From Pseudomonadales bacterium (GTDB taxonomy: Bacteria > Pseudomonadota > Gammaproteobacteria > Pseudomonadales > JAUIET01), in NCBI GenBank assembly GCA_051008535.1, contig JBPCXM010000028.1, positions 1-52,228 of the forward strand: a stretch of 52,228 nt of DNA. Direction: 5' to 3'. The position numbers were made by a program, and so were the translations under genes. Below, one piece after another: positions 40,638 to 50,900 of this stretch (its first letter is position 1; every line of letters starts with the position of its first letter). The notes below the pieces were generated by a model. The model worked only from the letters and a program-made list of their open reading frames with translations. It was not told the origin of the DNA and did not search any database.

Positions 40638-40802
40638 AGTGTCTCAGAACCTTATTGTGTAGTTGAAACAGATTGCTACATTAACACCTAGTTCGGAGTG
40701 AGGCTATTTTGTGCAGTAATTGCGACCATAGTCGCTATCGCAAATGAGTCTTTTATTGTCGCAGCGACTGTAGTCAAGACTGAGTTTGCAAACCAACCCA
40801 AT

Positions 40803-41228
40803 CTACCAGCTACATTCCTCGCGCGCGATTGGATCGCGTACTTCGCTACCGTCTTCAGCGGTGTAAAGCTCAAAACAATCACCGTTCACATCGCGCAACA
40901 AACGGCGGTTGATGGTCTCTGTGCGCACGGTACGCGCTGGTTGGTACACACGCCGCTCAACGTAGCGTGGGTGATTGTGGGCACGGTGCACGCTGTTAGC
41001 GATCAAAGAGCCAAGTAGTATGCCGCCAACCAAGTATTCGCCATGATATGAATGGTGTCGGTGGGTACGCCGGTACCTGCGTGGATAGTAACTATGATGG
41101 CCGCGGTGATGTCCTCCACGATGCCCATCGTAGCCATAGTGGCCGTAACTATGGCCGCCGCCCGCAAGCGTGGTTGAGCTGGTTGCCAATAGGGCGATGG
41201 TTACTAAAACAGGCGCGATAAGATTCAT
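40803..41228 (-). CDS. exported His/Gly/Tyr/Arg-rich protein, hypothetical (possible metal binder)
   Basis: Signal peptide MNLIAPVLVTIALLATSSTTLA, then GGGHSYGHYGYDGHRGGHHRGHHSYYPRRYRRTHRHHSYHG, a glycine-zipper-like GGILLGSLIA, and a C-terminal domain with 2 Cys. Confidence 0.6.
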   Translation of the reverse strand: MNLIAPVLVTIALLATSSTTLAGGGHSYGHYGYDGHRGGHHRGHHSYYPRRYRRTHRHHSYHGEYLVGGILLGSLIANSVHRAHNHPRYVERRVYQPARTVRTETINRRLLRDVNGDCFELYTAEDGSEVRDPIAREECSW

Positions 41229-41352
41229 ATGTGCCTCCGGCTGTCTACTTAATAGGCTGTCTTATATTTAGTCTACAAGTCTAGCCTGAATAGACGCTGA
41301 ATCATTGGACCTTTTATACTGTCTCGCGAGTTAACTGCGGCGAGTGTTTTTT

Positions 41353-41724
41353 ATGAAAGAAGCTTATGTTTGCTGGCGTTGCGGCGCGCATTTGGTGGAA
41401 TTGATATTACCGATGTCACGCCGTGAAGAATGCCCATCCTGTGCGGTGGATCAGCATGTATGCAAGATGTGTCAGTCCTATGCGCCAAACTTGAGTGACG
41501 GCTGCTCGGAAGAACGTGCCGAGGAAGTCACCGACAAAGAGCGCGCCAATTTTTGTGATTACTTTAGCCCCATGACCAATGTCTATAAAGCCAAGGAGTC
41601 TCCCGATTCTACGGAGCAGCTCGACGATTTATTTGGCGATTCGGATGCGCCATCCACGACAGCAGATCAATCGGAGGCCGCTAAAGCTCGCGCCGAGTTG
41701 GATAATTTATTCTCTAAGGACTAG
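41353..41724 (+). CDS. cysteine-rich zinc-ribbon-like protein, hypothetical
   Basis: CWRCG...CPSC...CKMC...C...C pattern with an acidic C-terminal tail. ATG at 41353 is preferred over the GTG at 41344. Confidence 0.6.
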   Translation: MKEAYVCWRCGAHLVELILPMSRREECPSCAVDQHVCKMCQSYAPNLSDGCSEERAEEVTDKERANFCDYFSPMTNVYKAKESPDSTEQLDDLFGDSDAPSTTADQSEAAKARAELDNLFSKD

Positions 41725-41801
41725 TACCCCTCAAGGTGTTATTGCCTAATGCAGTCATTCCAAAAGCGGTACCAGCATGCGCCAGTATTTTCGCACCATG
41801 C

Positions 41802-42671
41802 CTATGCGCATTTCCTTTCGGTCTGTTCAAACCAATTCAGCATAGCTGCCGCAACTTGCAGTCCATTCTTCTCGAACAGTATTTCGTGGTACACGCCGTC
41901 AAGGACTTCACGCTGTTTTGCCGGGCAGCGCAGGCGCGCGTAAAGGTCGGCGCTAATCCACGGTTCGACAATCTTGTCTTCGGCGCCGTGCCAGATAGCG
42001 ACCGGCGTTTTAATTTTGTGCACCTGTTTTTTTATGTACTCTATGGTTCGCAGGTAATCGGAAAAGAAACGGGCCGATACTTTATTGTGCACTAATGGAT
42101 CTTCCTGGTAGTCACGCACAACGGCAGGATCGGCGCACACAAGTGTTGGGTCAATTTCATTGGCCAATACCAAGGTTGGCCATATTTTGCTCAATGTTGC
42201 CGCGCTAATCACCTTCCAGGCCGGCATTGGCAAAGATACATCGGTGGCTGGCCCAGACAATGCGAGGCATTGAACAGTTCCGGGGTATAGCAATTGATAT
42301 AGTATTGCGACAGCTCCACCCATGGAGTGGGCAACCAGAAACCGGCGGCCTTGATATTGGCTGATGAGTTGCTGCAAATCGTGCGCGAAGTTCTTCCACT
42401 GCGACACATGGCCGCGCTCACCGGCGCTGCGACCATGCCCACGGTGGTCAAGCGCATGCACGTTGTAGCCCTCTGCACGCCAGAACTCTGCGAGGTGTTG
42501 GTAACGCTGGGCGTGCTCGCCTAGACCGTGGGCGACGAAAATATGTTTGTCTGACACAGTGTTTAACCAATGATAAGTCGCGATTTGCAAACCATCGTGG
42601 CTAACAAGGGAGTGTTGCTGCATGGGTGTTGCCACACAATTGCGTTCAAGCGCAGTATTGAGGTATTCCAT
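41802..42671 (-). CDS. alpha/beta hydrolase (lysophospholipase / monoacylglycerol-lipase-like)
   Basis: HGLGEH, DHRGHGRS and nucleophile elbow AHSMGG; 289 aa. Confidence 0.82.
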   Translation of the reverse strand: MEYLNTALERNCVATPMQQHSLVSHDGLQIATYHWLNTVSDKHIFVAHGLGEHAQRYQHLAEFWRAEGYNVHALDHRGHGRSAGERGHVSQWKNFAHDLQQLISQYQGRRFLVAHSMGGAVAILYQLLYPGTVQCLALSGPATDVSLPMPAWKVISAATLSKIWPTLVLANEIDPTLVCADPAVVRDYQEDPLVHNKVSARFFSDYLRTIEYIKKQVHKIKTPVAIWHGAEDKIVEPWISADLYARLRCPAKQREVLDGVYHEILFEKNGLQVAAAMLNWFEQTERKCA

Positions 42672-42715
42672 TTGGCGAAGTGTATATCTGCTTACCCTCG
42701 TGGCGGGGTTAAATA

Positions 42716-43756
42716 TTGTTAAGTAGGCGTCGCGAACTTATCTTGGTGTTCTTGCTGGCGTGTATGTGCGTGGCTTGTGCTCGGTCTGGGCCCGCGTCGA
42801 AATTGTCTGATTACCTGCAACGCTTGTCTCGCGTGTTAGAAATGGAGTTGCCCTCTGGCAGAAATGATGCGCTCGCTAAAATGCCGGCAAGACGTGAGTT
42901 GCAGCTAAAATTAACACAACCGAAAATCGACCTGTTGGAGTTTTTACGGCTGGCGGATTGTCATTTGCAGCGCCTGGTAGCAGCGCGCAATAGTAGCCTT
43001 GGGAAATTAGCGCAGCCATCGCAACGTTTAATATACGAGCTTGAATTTTTGCAACATGGCGCGTCCTGTGCCGCATTATTGCGAACTAAGGGGCGCGACG
43101 ATCTCGCACAAAAACTTAACGACGTACTGCGCGAAAAGCGCAAACAGCTACCGGCAGTGATATGGCGGGCGACACTGGGTGGCAGCGAAATGCGTACCTT
43201 CTGGCAGGTACCGAATGCGCTCGGCGATTATCCCGCCGCGACTGCTAGCGCGGTGCCAACGGCTATGGCCCGTTTGCTGCGTCGTGTGGAGCGCTGGCTA
43301 GGCGGAGATTGGCAAGTAAGCGGCGTTGCGCTAGAGCGCGATTTGCAGCTGCTTAAATCCAGCGATGGAGGAGCGCTATTGCGAGCCTGGAAGTTGCTAG
43401 AGCAGGGGCTAGGGCGTGGCACTGTGCTGTTGCAAAACCGTTTGACCGAACGGCCATTGTGTTTCAACGGGCAGCCAAGCCGTCGGGCACGGATTTTATT
43501 TAACGTAGTGCAGCAAAAATTTATCGCTGAGCTACAACCGTGGGCTGTGGATCTGAATCGTCGCCGCTATGAATTGTTGCCGACGATCACGCAACTGGAA
43601 CAAACACTAGCGACTGCAGAGCCAGCTAGCTATCGTCGTTGGCGCCGGCAGCGTGACGAGCGGTTTAACGCTGCGTTTGCCGCGCCGCGGCAACATGTCG
43701 CCGCGTTACAGCCGTTATTCGAACAATGCGGTTTGGCGCCCGGTGAGGCGCGATAG
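42716..43756 (+). CDS. hypothetical lipoprotein, possibly DUF3080 family
   Basis: TTG start. Signal peptide with LLAC lipobox; 346 aa. Size and context fit my recollection of DUF3080; no motif-level proof. Confidence 0.5.
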   Translation: MLSRRRELILVFLLACMCVACARSGPASKLSDYLQRLSRVLEMELPSGRNDALAKMPARRELQLKLTQPKIDLLEFLRLADCHLQRLVAARNSSLGKLAQPSQRLIYELEFLQHGASCAALLRTKGRDDLAQKLNDVLREKRKQLPAVIWRATLGGSEMRTFWQVPNALGDYPAATASAVPTAMARLLRRVERWLGGDWQVSGVALERDLQLLKSSDGGALLRAWKLLEQGLGRGTVLLQNRLTERPLCFNGQPSRRARILFNVVQQKFIAELQPWAVDLNRRRYELLPTITQLEQTLATAEPASYRRWRRQRDERFNAAFAAPRQHVAALQPLFEQCGLAPGEAR

Positions 43757-43759
43757 ATT

Positions 43760-44107
43760 TTATTCTTCTACCCAGGTCCAGCGCAGAGGCTCGCCGAAAT
43801 CGTCGTAAATAAGTTTCCTGCGTGGTTTGGGTTTTACCGGCTTTAGCTTGGCCGGTTTAGCGTGACGACGCGCTTCGATGGTTTTGACTACTTCGGTCAA
43901 TGGCGTGGCGTCACGAGTGGGTTCACCGGTTTGAAAGGTAGTGGGTCGCAATGGGCCGGTTGCCCCGTCCCGGCCGCTGATGCCGCGCGGAATTTCATGT
44001 ACCTCGCCACCTTGTTGAACGTAGGCGTCGGTCAGCTCGGCAATTTGCTTGCGCAGGTCGGATTTTTTCGGCGGCAAGTCCACGGCATTATCAAAATATG
44101 TTTGCAC
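43760..44107 (-). CDS. hypothetical small basic protein (115 aa)
   Basis: Intact ORF downstream of the sirtuin gene on the same strand, with a Lys/Pro-rich segment KPAKLKPVKPKPRRK. No family recognised. Confidence 0.5.
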   Translation of the reverse strand: MQTYFDNAVDLPPKKSDLRKQIAELTDAYVQQGGEVHEIPRGISGRDGATGPLRPTTFQTGEPTRDATPLTEVVKTIEARRHAKPAKLKPVKPKPRRKLIYDDFGEPLRWTWVEE

Positions 44108-44182
44108 TCAACCCATAAGCATAGCACCGTTGATAAGCGGCTGCGCGATTAACCGCATGGTTTTGCCGGTTTCGCGAAAAGC

Positions 44183-45001
44183 TCAAACCCTGTTCAATTC
44201 GGAAAGCGCAGTGCCACAGTTTAGTTCAATTTTTAAGGTCGCGATTGCATCGGCACGGGTGACGCCCTGGTTAATTATCGCAATCGGTTTGCCGAGCTGC
44301 TGCGCGGCTTTGCAAAAACGGTAGCCTGAAAATACCTGTAGCGAAGAACCGATAACCAGCAGCGCATCGGCGGCTGTCAGTGAGTCCAGCGCTTGCTGAA
44401 CGCGGGGTTTCGGTACTGAAGCGCCGAAGAACACCACATCGGGCTTGAGGATTCCGTCACAGGTTTGGCAGTTTGGCACCGTAACCTTGGCTAAATCCAG
44501 GGCGTCAACATCGGCATCGCCGTCGGGGCGCATTCTGCTAACGCTCTCGCTGAGTTTCGGGTTGGTGGCCACCAAACGTCGTTGCATATCGGTGCGTGCA
44601 GATTTTGCATCGCATTGCAGGCAAATCACTCGCTGTAGACTACCGTGCAAATCTATCACCGCTTGGCTACCGGCTGCCTGGTGTAAGCCATCAACATTTT
44701 GCGTGACAAGCTGGGAGATGCGCCTTGTCTTTTCCATTGCGGCCAGCGCGGTATGGGCAGCATTGGGTTGCGCGCGCTGCACATATTGCCAACCCAGCAG
44801 GCTGCGTGCCCAATAGCGCTGGCGCGCTGCGTGATTGTGGACAAAATCCTGGTGCTGGATTGGATCGCTACGCAGCCAGCGGCCACTGTGGTCGCGGTAG
44901 GCAGGAATGCCAGAATCAGTGCTGACGCCGGCCCCGGTCAACACCCACAGACGTGGATGTTGTTGCGCAAAGGTGGCCAACTCAGAAAGTGTTGTTGGCA
45001 T
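44183..45001 (-). CDS. NAD-dependent protein deacylase (sirtuin, Sir2 family)
   Basis: GAGVSTDSGIPAYRD, QNVDGLH, Zn-ribbon CLQC...CQTC; 272 aa. It starts 16 nt after the rapA stop. Confidence 0.9.
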   Translation of the reverse strand: MPTTLSELATFAQQHPRLWVLTGAGVSTDSGIPAYRDHSGRWLRSDPIQHQDFVHNHAARQRYWARSLLGWQYVQRAQPNAAHTALAAMEKTRRISQLVTQNVDGLHQAAGSQAVIDLHGSLQRVICLQCDAKSARTDMQRRLVATNPKLSESVSRMRPDGDADVDALDLAKVTVPNCQTCDGILKPDVVFFGASVPKPRVQQALDSLTAADALLVIGSSLQVFSGYRFCKAAQQLGKPIAIINQGVTRADAIATLKIELNCGTALSELNRV

Positions 45002-45017
45002 GCTTCAGCATCGCGGC

Positions 45018-47855
45018 TTAGGTTGCGACAATAACGCGCAATCCATCGAGCCGTAAGCGTAGCGATTGAATAAGACGGTTTAGATCCTGCAACTCGCGCT
45101 GGAAAAAATCTATCTCGCTGGCGCGCACATTGGGATTGACAAGCCGCAATGCTTCGAGGCGATGAATTTCCTCATTCAGCAAATGGGTAGAGCGAGCGCT
45201 GGCGTCCTGCATAATTGTGTCGAGTTGCGCAGCCGCCAAGTCTTCGCTTTGGCGTACCAAATCCTGCAATTGCTCGGCGCGGGCGCGCACAATCTTGACT
45301 GAGGTCTTCTTATCCACCCGGGTTTTGAGAGCTTTCATTGCATCGTGGCTGACAATTGATGCGAGGTCTTTGCCCCTTTCATCGAGTAACACGCGCACTG
45401 TGGTAGGTGGCAAGTAGCGACTGGTTTGCTGCGGGCTTTCCAGCACGAACAGGCTTTCAAGCAGCAGTGTGCCGGGATTGACCTTTGGCAGCTTAATGGC
45501 TGTAACCGCCGTGTTACCCAATTCATTGTCCAACACCATTTCCATGGCGCCGATAACCATGTCGTGCTCCCAGGTGAGAAAATGAATGTCTTCCACCGCT
45601 AGCGCTGTGTTGCGGTCGTAGGTTAGGGTCATGCCTTCGTCGGGTAGCAGCGGAAACGGCGCAATCATGTTTTCTGCTGGGCGCACAATTATAGCTTGCT
45701 CGCTGTGTGGCTCGCTGACAGCGCCGAAACAGTCGAACACCGCTTCCATATACTCGGCTAGGGTTGAGTTGGCATCTTCGGCTAACGCCTGCTGGGTTAG
45801 CGCGCCGGCCAGCGCCGGGCGGCAGGAGTTATACTCCAGCAGGCGATCGCGGCCCTTGTGCAACTGCTCGTTCAGAGCGTGGTGGATGGTCTTGGTTTGC
45901 GCAATCAGCTCTTCGGCGTCGCTGTTTTGTTGCACTACATCTTGCAACAAGGCTTCGACTTTGGCATACACTGCGTGGCCGGCGGGGCAGGGGTGTTCAA
46001 AGGCGCCCAGCCCCTCGTGGTACCACCGCAACAAAATCTCCTGCACGCTGTTTTGCAAATACGGCACATGGATACGAATAGCGTGGGTTTGTCCGATGCG
46101 GTCCAATCGACCTATGCGCTGCTCGAGCAAGTCTGGGTTTAGCGGCAGGTCAAACAGCAACAGATGATGGGCAAACTGAAAATTACGACCCTCGCTGCCA
46201 ATCTCAGAACAGATAAGCAACGGACTGCCGAACTCCAGATCAGCAAAGTATGCTGCGGCGCGGTCGCGTTCTATGATTGTCATTCCTTCATGGAATACAG
46301 CGGCGTGCATGCCAGTTTTAACCCGCAGCGCCTCAGCGATATCTAATGCTGTATTCGCTGTTGCAGTGATGATCAACAGTTTCTCATTACGCATAGTTTT
46401 GGTGGTTTCGATCAGCCAGCCAATGCGCGAATCCACTTGAGTCCACGGCACGCCGTAGTCGTCACGCTGGCGATAAGCTTGCTCTGGCAGTAGCGCTGTC
46501 AATATTTCGGCGTCGTATGCCGCTGGCGCAGGCAAGGGGTAGGCCGTTAACGCCCTGCCTGGAAAGCCCTTGACGGCAGCGCGGGTATTGCGAAACAACA
46601 CGCGCCCGGTGCCATGCCGGTCGAGCAGATGTTCGAGTAAATCGTAACGTGCCTGTTCGTCGTCGGGATTGCTTTGCAGGCGCTCGATCAGTTCGCGGTT
46701 GTCACCCTCGCCAATTGTGTCTTCGAGCACGTGCCAGTTCGCCTCATGCAGCGTGCCGTGTTCCAGCAGCGCTTGTACCGCGTCGGCGATGGGTTCGTAA
46801 CTTTGTTCTTCTTGCAAAAAAGCATCGAAGTCGGGGAATCGCTCAGGATCGAGTAGACGCAGACGCGCAAAATGACTTTCCTTGCCTAATTGTTCGGGTG
46901 TCGCGGTCAGTAGCAGAGCGCCAGCGGTTTGTTGCGCGAGCGCGGCGATCAATTCGTATTCGGGGCTGGCATGTACCGGTGTCCATGCTAAATGGTGGGC
47001 TTCATCAACTACCAGCAGGTCCCATTCTCCTTGCAAAGCGCTGGCGTAATATTGCGGGTGGTCGCGCAGAAAAGGCAAGCTGCACAGCACAAGCTGTTCC
47101 GTTAGAAAGGGGTTTTGCTCGGGGTCGGTGCTTAGCATTTCCTCGCAGCGTTTGGCATCAAACAGGCTGAAATGCAGGTTAAAACGGCGCAGCATCTCGA
47201 CCAGCCATTGGTGTAGCAGACTCTCCGGCACCACAATCAATGCGCGTTGAGCGCGGCCGGTCAGCAGTTGATGGTGCAATATCAAACCCGCTTCAATGGT
47301 CTTCCCCAACCCCACTTCGTCGGCTAATAGCACCCGCGGCGCGTAACGGTTGGCCACTTCGTGGGCAATGTAGAGTTGGTGAGGAATCAAACTGGTGCGG
47401 CAACCCGTAAGCCCGCGCAGTTCGGAGTGACTGAGTTGACTGTGCTGCTGCCAGGTCTGGTAACGCAGTTCGAACCACTTGTCAGCATCGACTTGCCCGG
47501 CAAACAGGCGCTCCGTAGGGCGGCTAAGCTGCATGAAATTGTCCAGCTCGCTTTCTGCCAACGCGACTGGCGCGCCGCTGCTATCGATGCCCTGGTATAA
47601 CAGCAAACCGTCTTTCTGCTCAATGCGGGTGACGGTTAGGCCTTGTCCGCCGTGGCTTTGAATTTGGTCTCCCTGGGTAAATCTGACGCGCGACAGTGGT
47701 GCCGTTTGTTTGGCATACGTGCGCGTCTCACCGGTAGCCAGAAAGACGATGGTGACAGCACGGTGTTCGACATCCACAACCGTACCCAAACCGAGCTGTA
47801 ACTCCGCATCATTGATCCAGCGTTGGCCGATTACAAATTCATTCACGACTAGCAC
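45018..47855 (-). CDS. rapA: RNA polymerase-associated SNF2 ATPase RapA (HepA)
   Basis: N-terminus GQRWINDAELQLGLGTVV is colinear with E. coli RapA. DEVGLGKT, DEAHH, SEIGSEGRNFQ helicase motifs; 945 aa. Confidence 0.95.
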   Translation of the reverse strand: MLVVNEFVIGQRWINDAELQLGLGTVVDVEHRAVTIVFLATGETRTYAKQTAPLSRVRFTQGDQIQSHGGQGLTVTRIEQKDGLLLYQGIDSSGAPVALAESELDNFMQLSRPTERLFAGQVDADKWFELRYQTWQQHSQLSHSELRGLTGCRTSLIPHQLYIAHEVANRYAPRVLLADEVGLGKTIEAGLILHHQLLTGRAQRALIVVPESLLHQWLVEMLRRFNLHFSLFDAKRCEEMLSTDPEQNPFLTEQLVLCSLPFLRDHPQYYASALQGEWDLLVVDEAHHLAWTPVHASPEYELIAALAQQTAGALLLTATPEQLGKESHFARLRLLDPERFPDFDAFLQEEQSYEPIADAVQALLEHGTLHEANWHVLEDTIGEGDNRELIERLQSNPDDEQARYDLLEHLLDRHGTGRVLFRNTRAAVKGFPGRALTAYPLPAPAAYDAEILTALLPEQAYRQRDDYGVPWTQVDSRIGWLIETTKTMRNEKLLIITATANTALDIAEALRVKTGMHAAVFHEGMTIIERDRAAAYFADLEFGSPLLICSEIGSEGRNFQFAHHLLLFDLPLNPDLLEQRIGRLDRIGQTHAIRIHVPYLQNSVQEILLRWYHEGLGAFEHPCPAGHAVYAKVEALLQDVVQQNSDAEELIAQTKTIHHALNEQLHKGRDRLLEYNSCRPALAGALTQQALAEDANSTLAEYMEAVFDCFGAVSEPHSEQAIIVRPAENMIAPFPLLPDEGMTLTYDRNTALAVEDIHFLTWEHDMVIGAMEMVLDNELGNTAVTAIKLPKVNPGTLLLESLFVLESPQQTSRYLPPTTVRVLLDERGKDLASIVSHDAMKALKTRVDKKTSVKIVRARAEQLQDLVRQSEDLAAAQLDTIMQDASARSTHLLNEEIHRLEALRLVNPNVRASEIDFFQRELQDLNRLIQSLRLRLDGLRVIVAT

Positions 47856-47943
47856 TACTAAAAATCAACTATGGTAGCGGAATCGCCCGCGAGTTTCACA
47901 GATCTGCATCAAACTTTACGATATTTTCTAAAGCGGCTTGCTA

Positions 47944-50900
47944 CTATAAAACATCCTGAGTTGGCTGTACCACCTGTTGCCATGTAGGACGATTTTGCCA
48001 GTGGATATTGGGCGGATCGGCCAGCCCGAAAGCGGTGTGATTGATGGCATCATCTTGTTCCAGCGATCCCGCCCACTGCTGCATATCGGTGCCGAGTTCT
48101 GCTATCGTCTGTTGCAGGCTTGCGACCACGGCGGCACGGCAATCTTCCAGTTCGCTGCTGCCAGCGCACTTCAGTTGCCTATAGGTTGCTGTGCTTTCGC
48201 CCAACGCCATATCCAGTACTCGGCGCATATAGCCGTAGTAACCGCTTTGGAACGCCGAGCCAACTGGCCCGGGCTGGTTGTGCCGACCACCGACCATGAC
48301 ACCAGCGTTTTCGACAGCGACGATTTGCGGTAGTAAGGCGACGATCATGTTGCCCCACCAGGCATCCATAAACGCTACGGCGTCGCGATCTTCGTATTGT
48401 AAAGCGGGGGTGTCGAACCCGGGTCCGCTGCGGTCACGGCGCATGGCACCTAACTCGCGCGGACCATTGCGTACCCAGTCGCGAAGCACTTGAAGCGTTT
48501 GTTGTTCGAAGGCATCAAGGTCGCTGACGTCGCTGAGAATAGCGAACACTTGTGGCAGAATTTCCTGCCCGCGCAAGTCGCTGGTGCCCGCGTCGATCAT
48601 TATTTCCACCATATTGGCGCGGGTAAGCAGCGGATTGCCGGGCTCGGCGCGTAAGGCTTGCAGGCGTTTTTCCAGCAGCAGCGAGCGGTACAGTGCACCA
48701 TAGCCAACTTGGGTGTCGTGTGCGTAGAACCCCGGCGCTTGCGCATTGTTCCAGTTGACGAAGTAACCGGTCGGCGGATTGACCGCACGCGGGTGCGCCT
48801 CCAAGGGCAAGAAATTGTCGAAGCTGAAATCCGGATTGAGGCGACCGGTGCCGCTCTGCTGCCAATCGAACTCGCCGTCACCCCATTGCGGCAGATCGGG
48901 ATGGATGCCGGCGGCGCGATTTGGCAACAAGCCGGAGTTAAAGTAGGCGATGTTGTTCGCGTCGATGTAGAACCAGCTAAATGTGCCGGTGAGTTTGTTG
49001 AACACGTCGAAGAAGGTATCCGGGTTGATCACTTCGTTGCGGCTGGTGGCGACGAAGGTAGCCACCGAATCAGGTTCACCAAAGAATGTCGAGCGCTGGA
49101 TCGCCAAAGCCACTGGCGCGCCGCTCACTGTGGCGGTGGCGAATACCGGGCCATAATCTGGTGCGCGCAAAATGTCGCGGGTGACTTTCTGGTTGGCCAT
49201 ACCCGGTGTGGTCACATTGGTTTCGGCCGTCCACTCATCGCTGCGCCGTAACATCGGTGTACACACGCCGTTGTAGAGGTAACTAGTAGACGCGCGCGTT
49301 GCTGCGGTGCCGCCAGGCTCGCACAAACGCAATACGCGAATATCGGTGATGTCGTCGCCTGCGGAAGTGGCGCTCCATGCGTGATCGATACCGCGGCCAA
49401 TAATGACGTACGGCAAACCGGCGAAGGCAACGCCGCGATTGTTTATGTCGCCGCCTTGCTGCGAAAACTCCATCAGTATTTGTGGAGAGAAGTATCCGGT
49501 TTGCGGGCCAAACACAGCGATGGGGTTGCCAGACGCGGTTTGATCGGCGTTGACTAAAATCGCGTTAGACGCCATTGTTGGAAAACTGTCAGCGCTTAGT
49601 GCCAGTCGCAGTCCTGCTAGTGTTGCTATCGCGCGTTCGCGACCGGCTTGCAATTGCGTTGCGGAGTAGGAGGTTAGTGATCGGTGGGGTACGCTCGCCA
49701 CGATTTGCTTTTGATTGGACGCCGTTTTTATGTTTTCTAACACGGCCAACAGCGGCGAATCACCCAAAATGATTTCCAGTAGCGTCGGCGAAGCAGATGC
49801 TATTGTAACGCTATCCTCCACGACATCTTCGCGGAAATTAGGGCATTCAATATCGGCGCCCATCGCCATGCCCGGCTCCACGCAGTCTTCGATGATGAGC
49901 AGCTCTAGCTCTTCCAAGCTGTTGCTGTCGAACAGCACAGCGCCGGGAAATTGGTCGGAGAATTCTGGTGTCAGCGGGCAGGCGTCTTCGTCTATGATAG
50001 GCGGCGATTGGGTTTCGAAGGCGGTGTCAATCGTGTTCGGTCGCTCCGGGTCATTGGCTTGGCGTAGATCTCGCCACAACTGGCAGGCTTGCTCCGGTTC
50101 GCCGGGGAATAGCGCGCCCAGGCCATTGACAAGGCGAGCCTGTCGATATTCGCCACCACCGCCTGAAGCGAAAGTTGACTGCACCAACGCGGCCACTGCC
50201 AGCACATCGCGACCGGTAAATTTACGTAGCTCAAGACTCAGTCCCGCGTACTCGATAGGTATAGCTTCGGCTCCAGCCGCACCATTTTGCACGTCGTCTA
50301 TGTATTGGTTAATGCCGTTGACGAAATCCAGCATGTCTTGCTGCGCCTGCTCGCCATCGACACCGAAGCGAACAGCGACTTGGTCGAGTTGGTCTTGCAT
50401 TTCCTGTTCACTATAGCCCCCAAACTGGCCAAGCTCACGGTCTGACGAGTAATTGCCAGCCGCCGGGCCAACGAAGTCAGACATGCGACCGCGGCCAACG
50501 TGGCGTACCACGTCGATCAAAAACATGCGGTCGGTGGCCGTGGCATAGCCGGTGCCAAACATGACGTCCGATCGGGTGTCGCCAAAGATATGTGGCACGC
50601 CGAAGTCGTCGCGAGCAATGCGAGCCGTTAGAGTGCCGTCGCTTACGCGCTGTGGTGAATCAAAGACGCTTTCGGCGAGAAACGCCGCATCTTTGAAATA
50701 ACCTGGTGTTAGATCTTCGTCGTTGAGTTGGCCGGGTGTTGGGTAGTTTTCGCTAAATGCCAGGTTCTCGTACATCGCAAGCTGGTCGGTTGAGTTCGGG
50801 TCACTATTGATATTGCCATCGTTGGCGTCGGCCGAACCGGGCGGCAATACGCTAAGGAAGGCGCCGTTGTCGGCGAAAGGATCAACGCTGACAGGTGCTG

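Noticed and set aside
44183-47855. Sir2-domain protein adjacent to an SNF2-family helicase as a possible defence system (SIR2-based effectors are common in phage defence)
   Set aside because: The helicase is colinear over its whole length with housekeeping RapA, including the N-terminal RNAP-binding region. The sirtuin is a minimal 272-aa Zn-ribbon deacylase with no sensor or effector fusion. No other defence-type genes flank them.
49715-50416. Long antisense or alternative-frame ORFs inside well-supported genes (also 45631-46167, 46649-47170, 21565-22074, 7745-8248, 20066-20545, 32436-32906, 36005-36292)
   Set aside because: These are shadow ORFs typical of moderately GC-rich coding DNA. 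They are low-complexity (Ser/Arg/Ala/Pro-rich), have no SD, and each is fully contained in a gene with strong family motifs on the other strand or frame.
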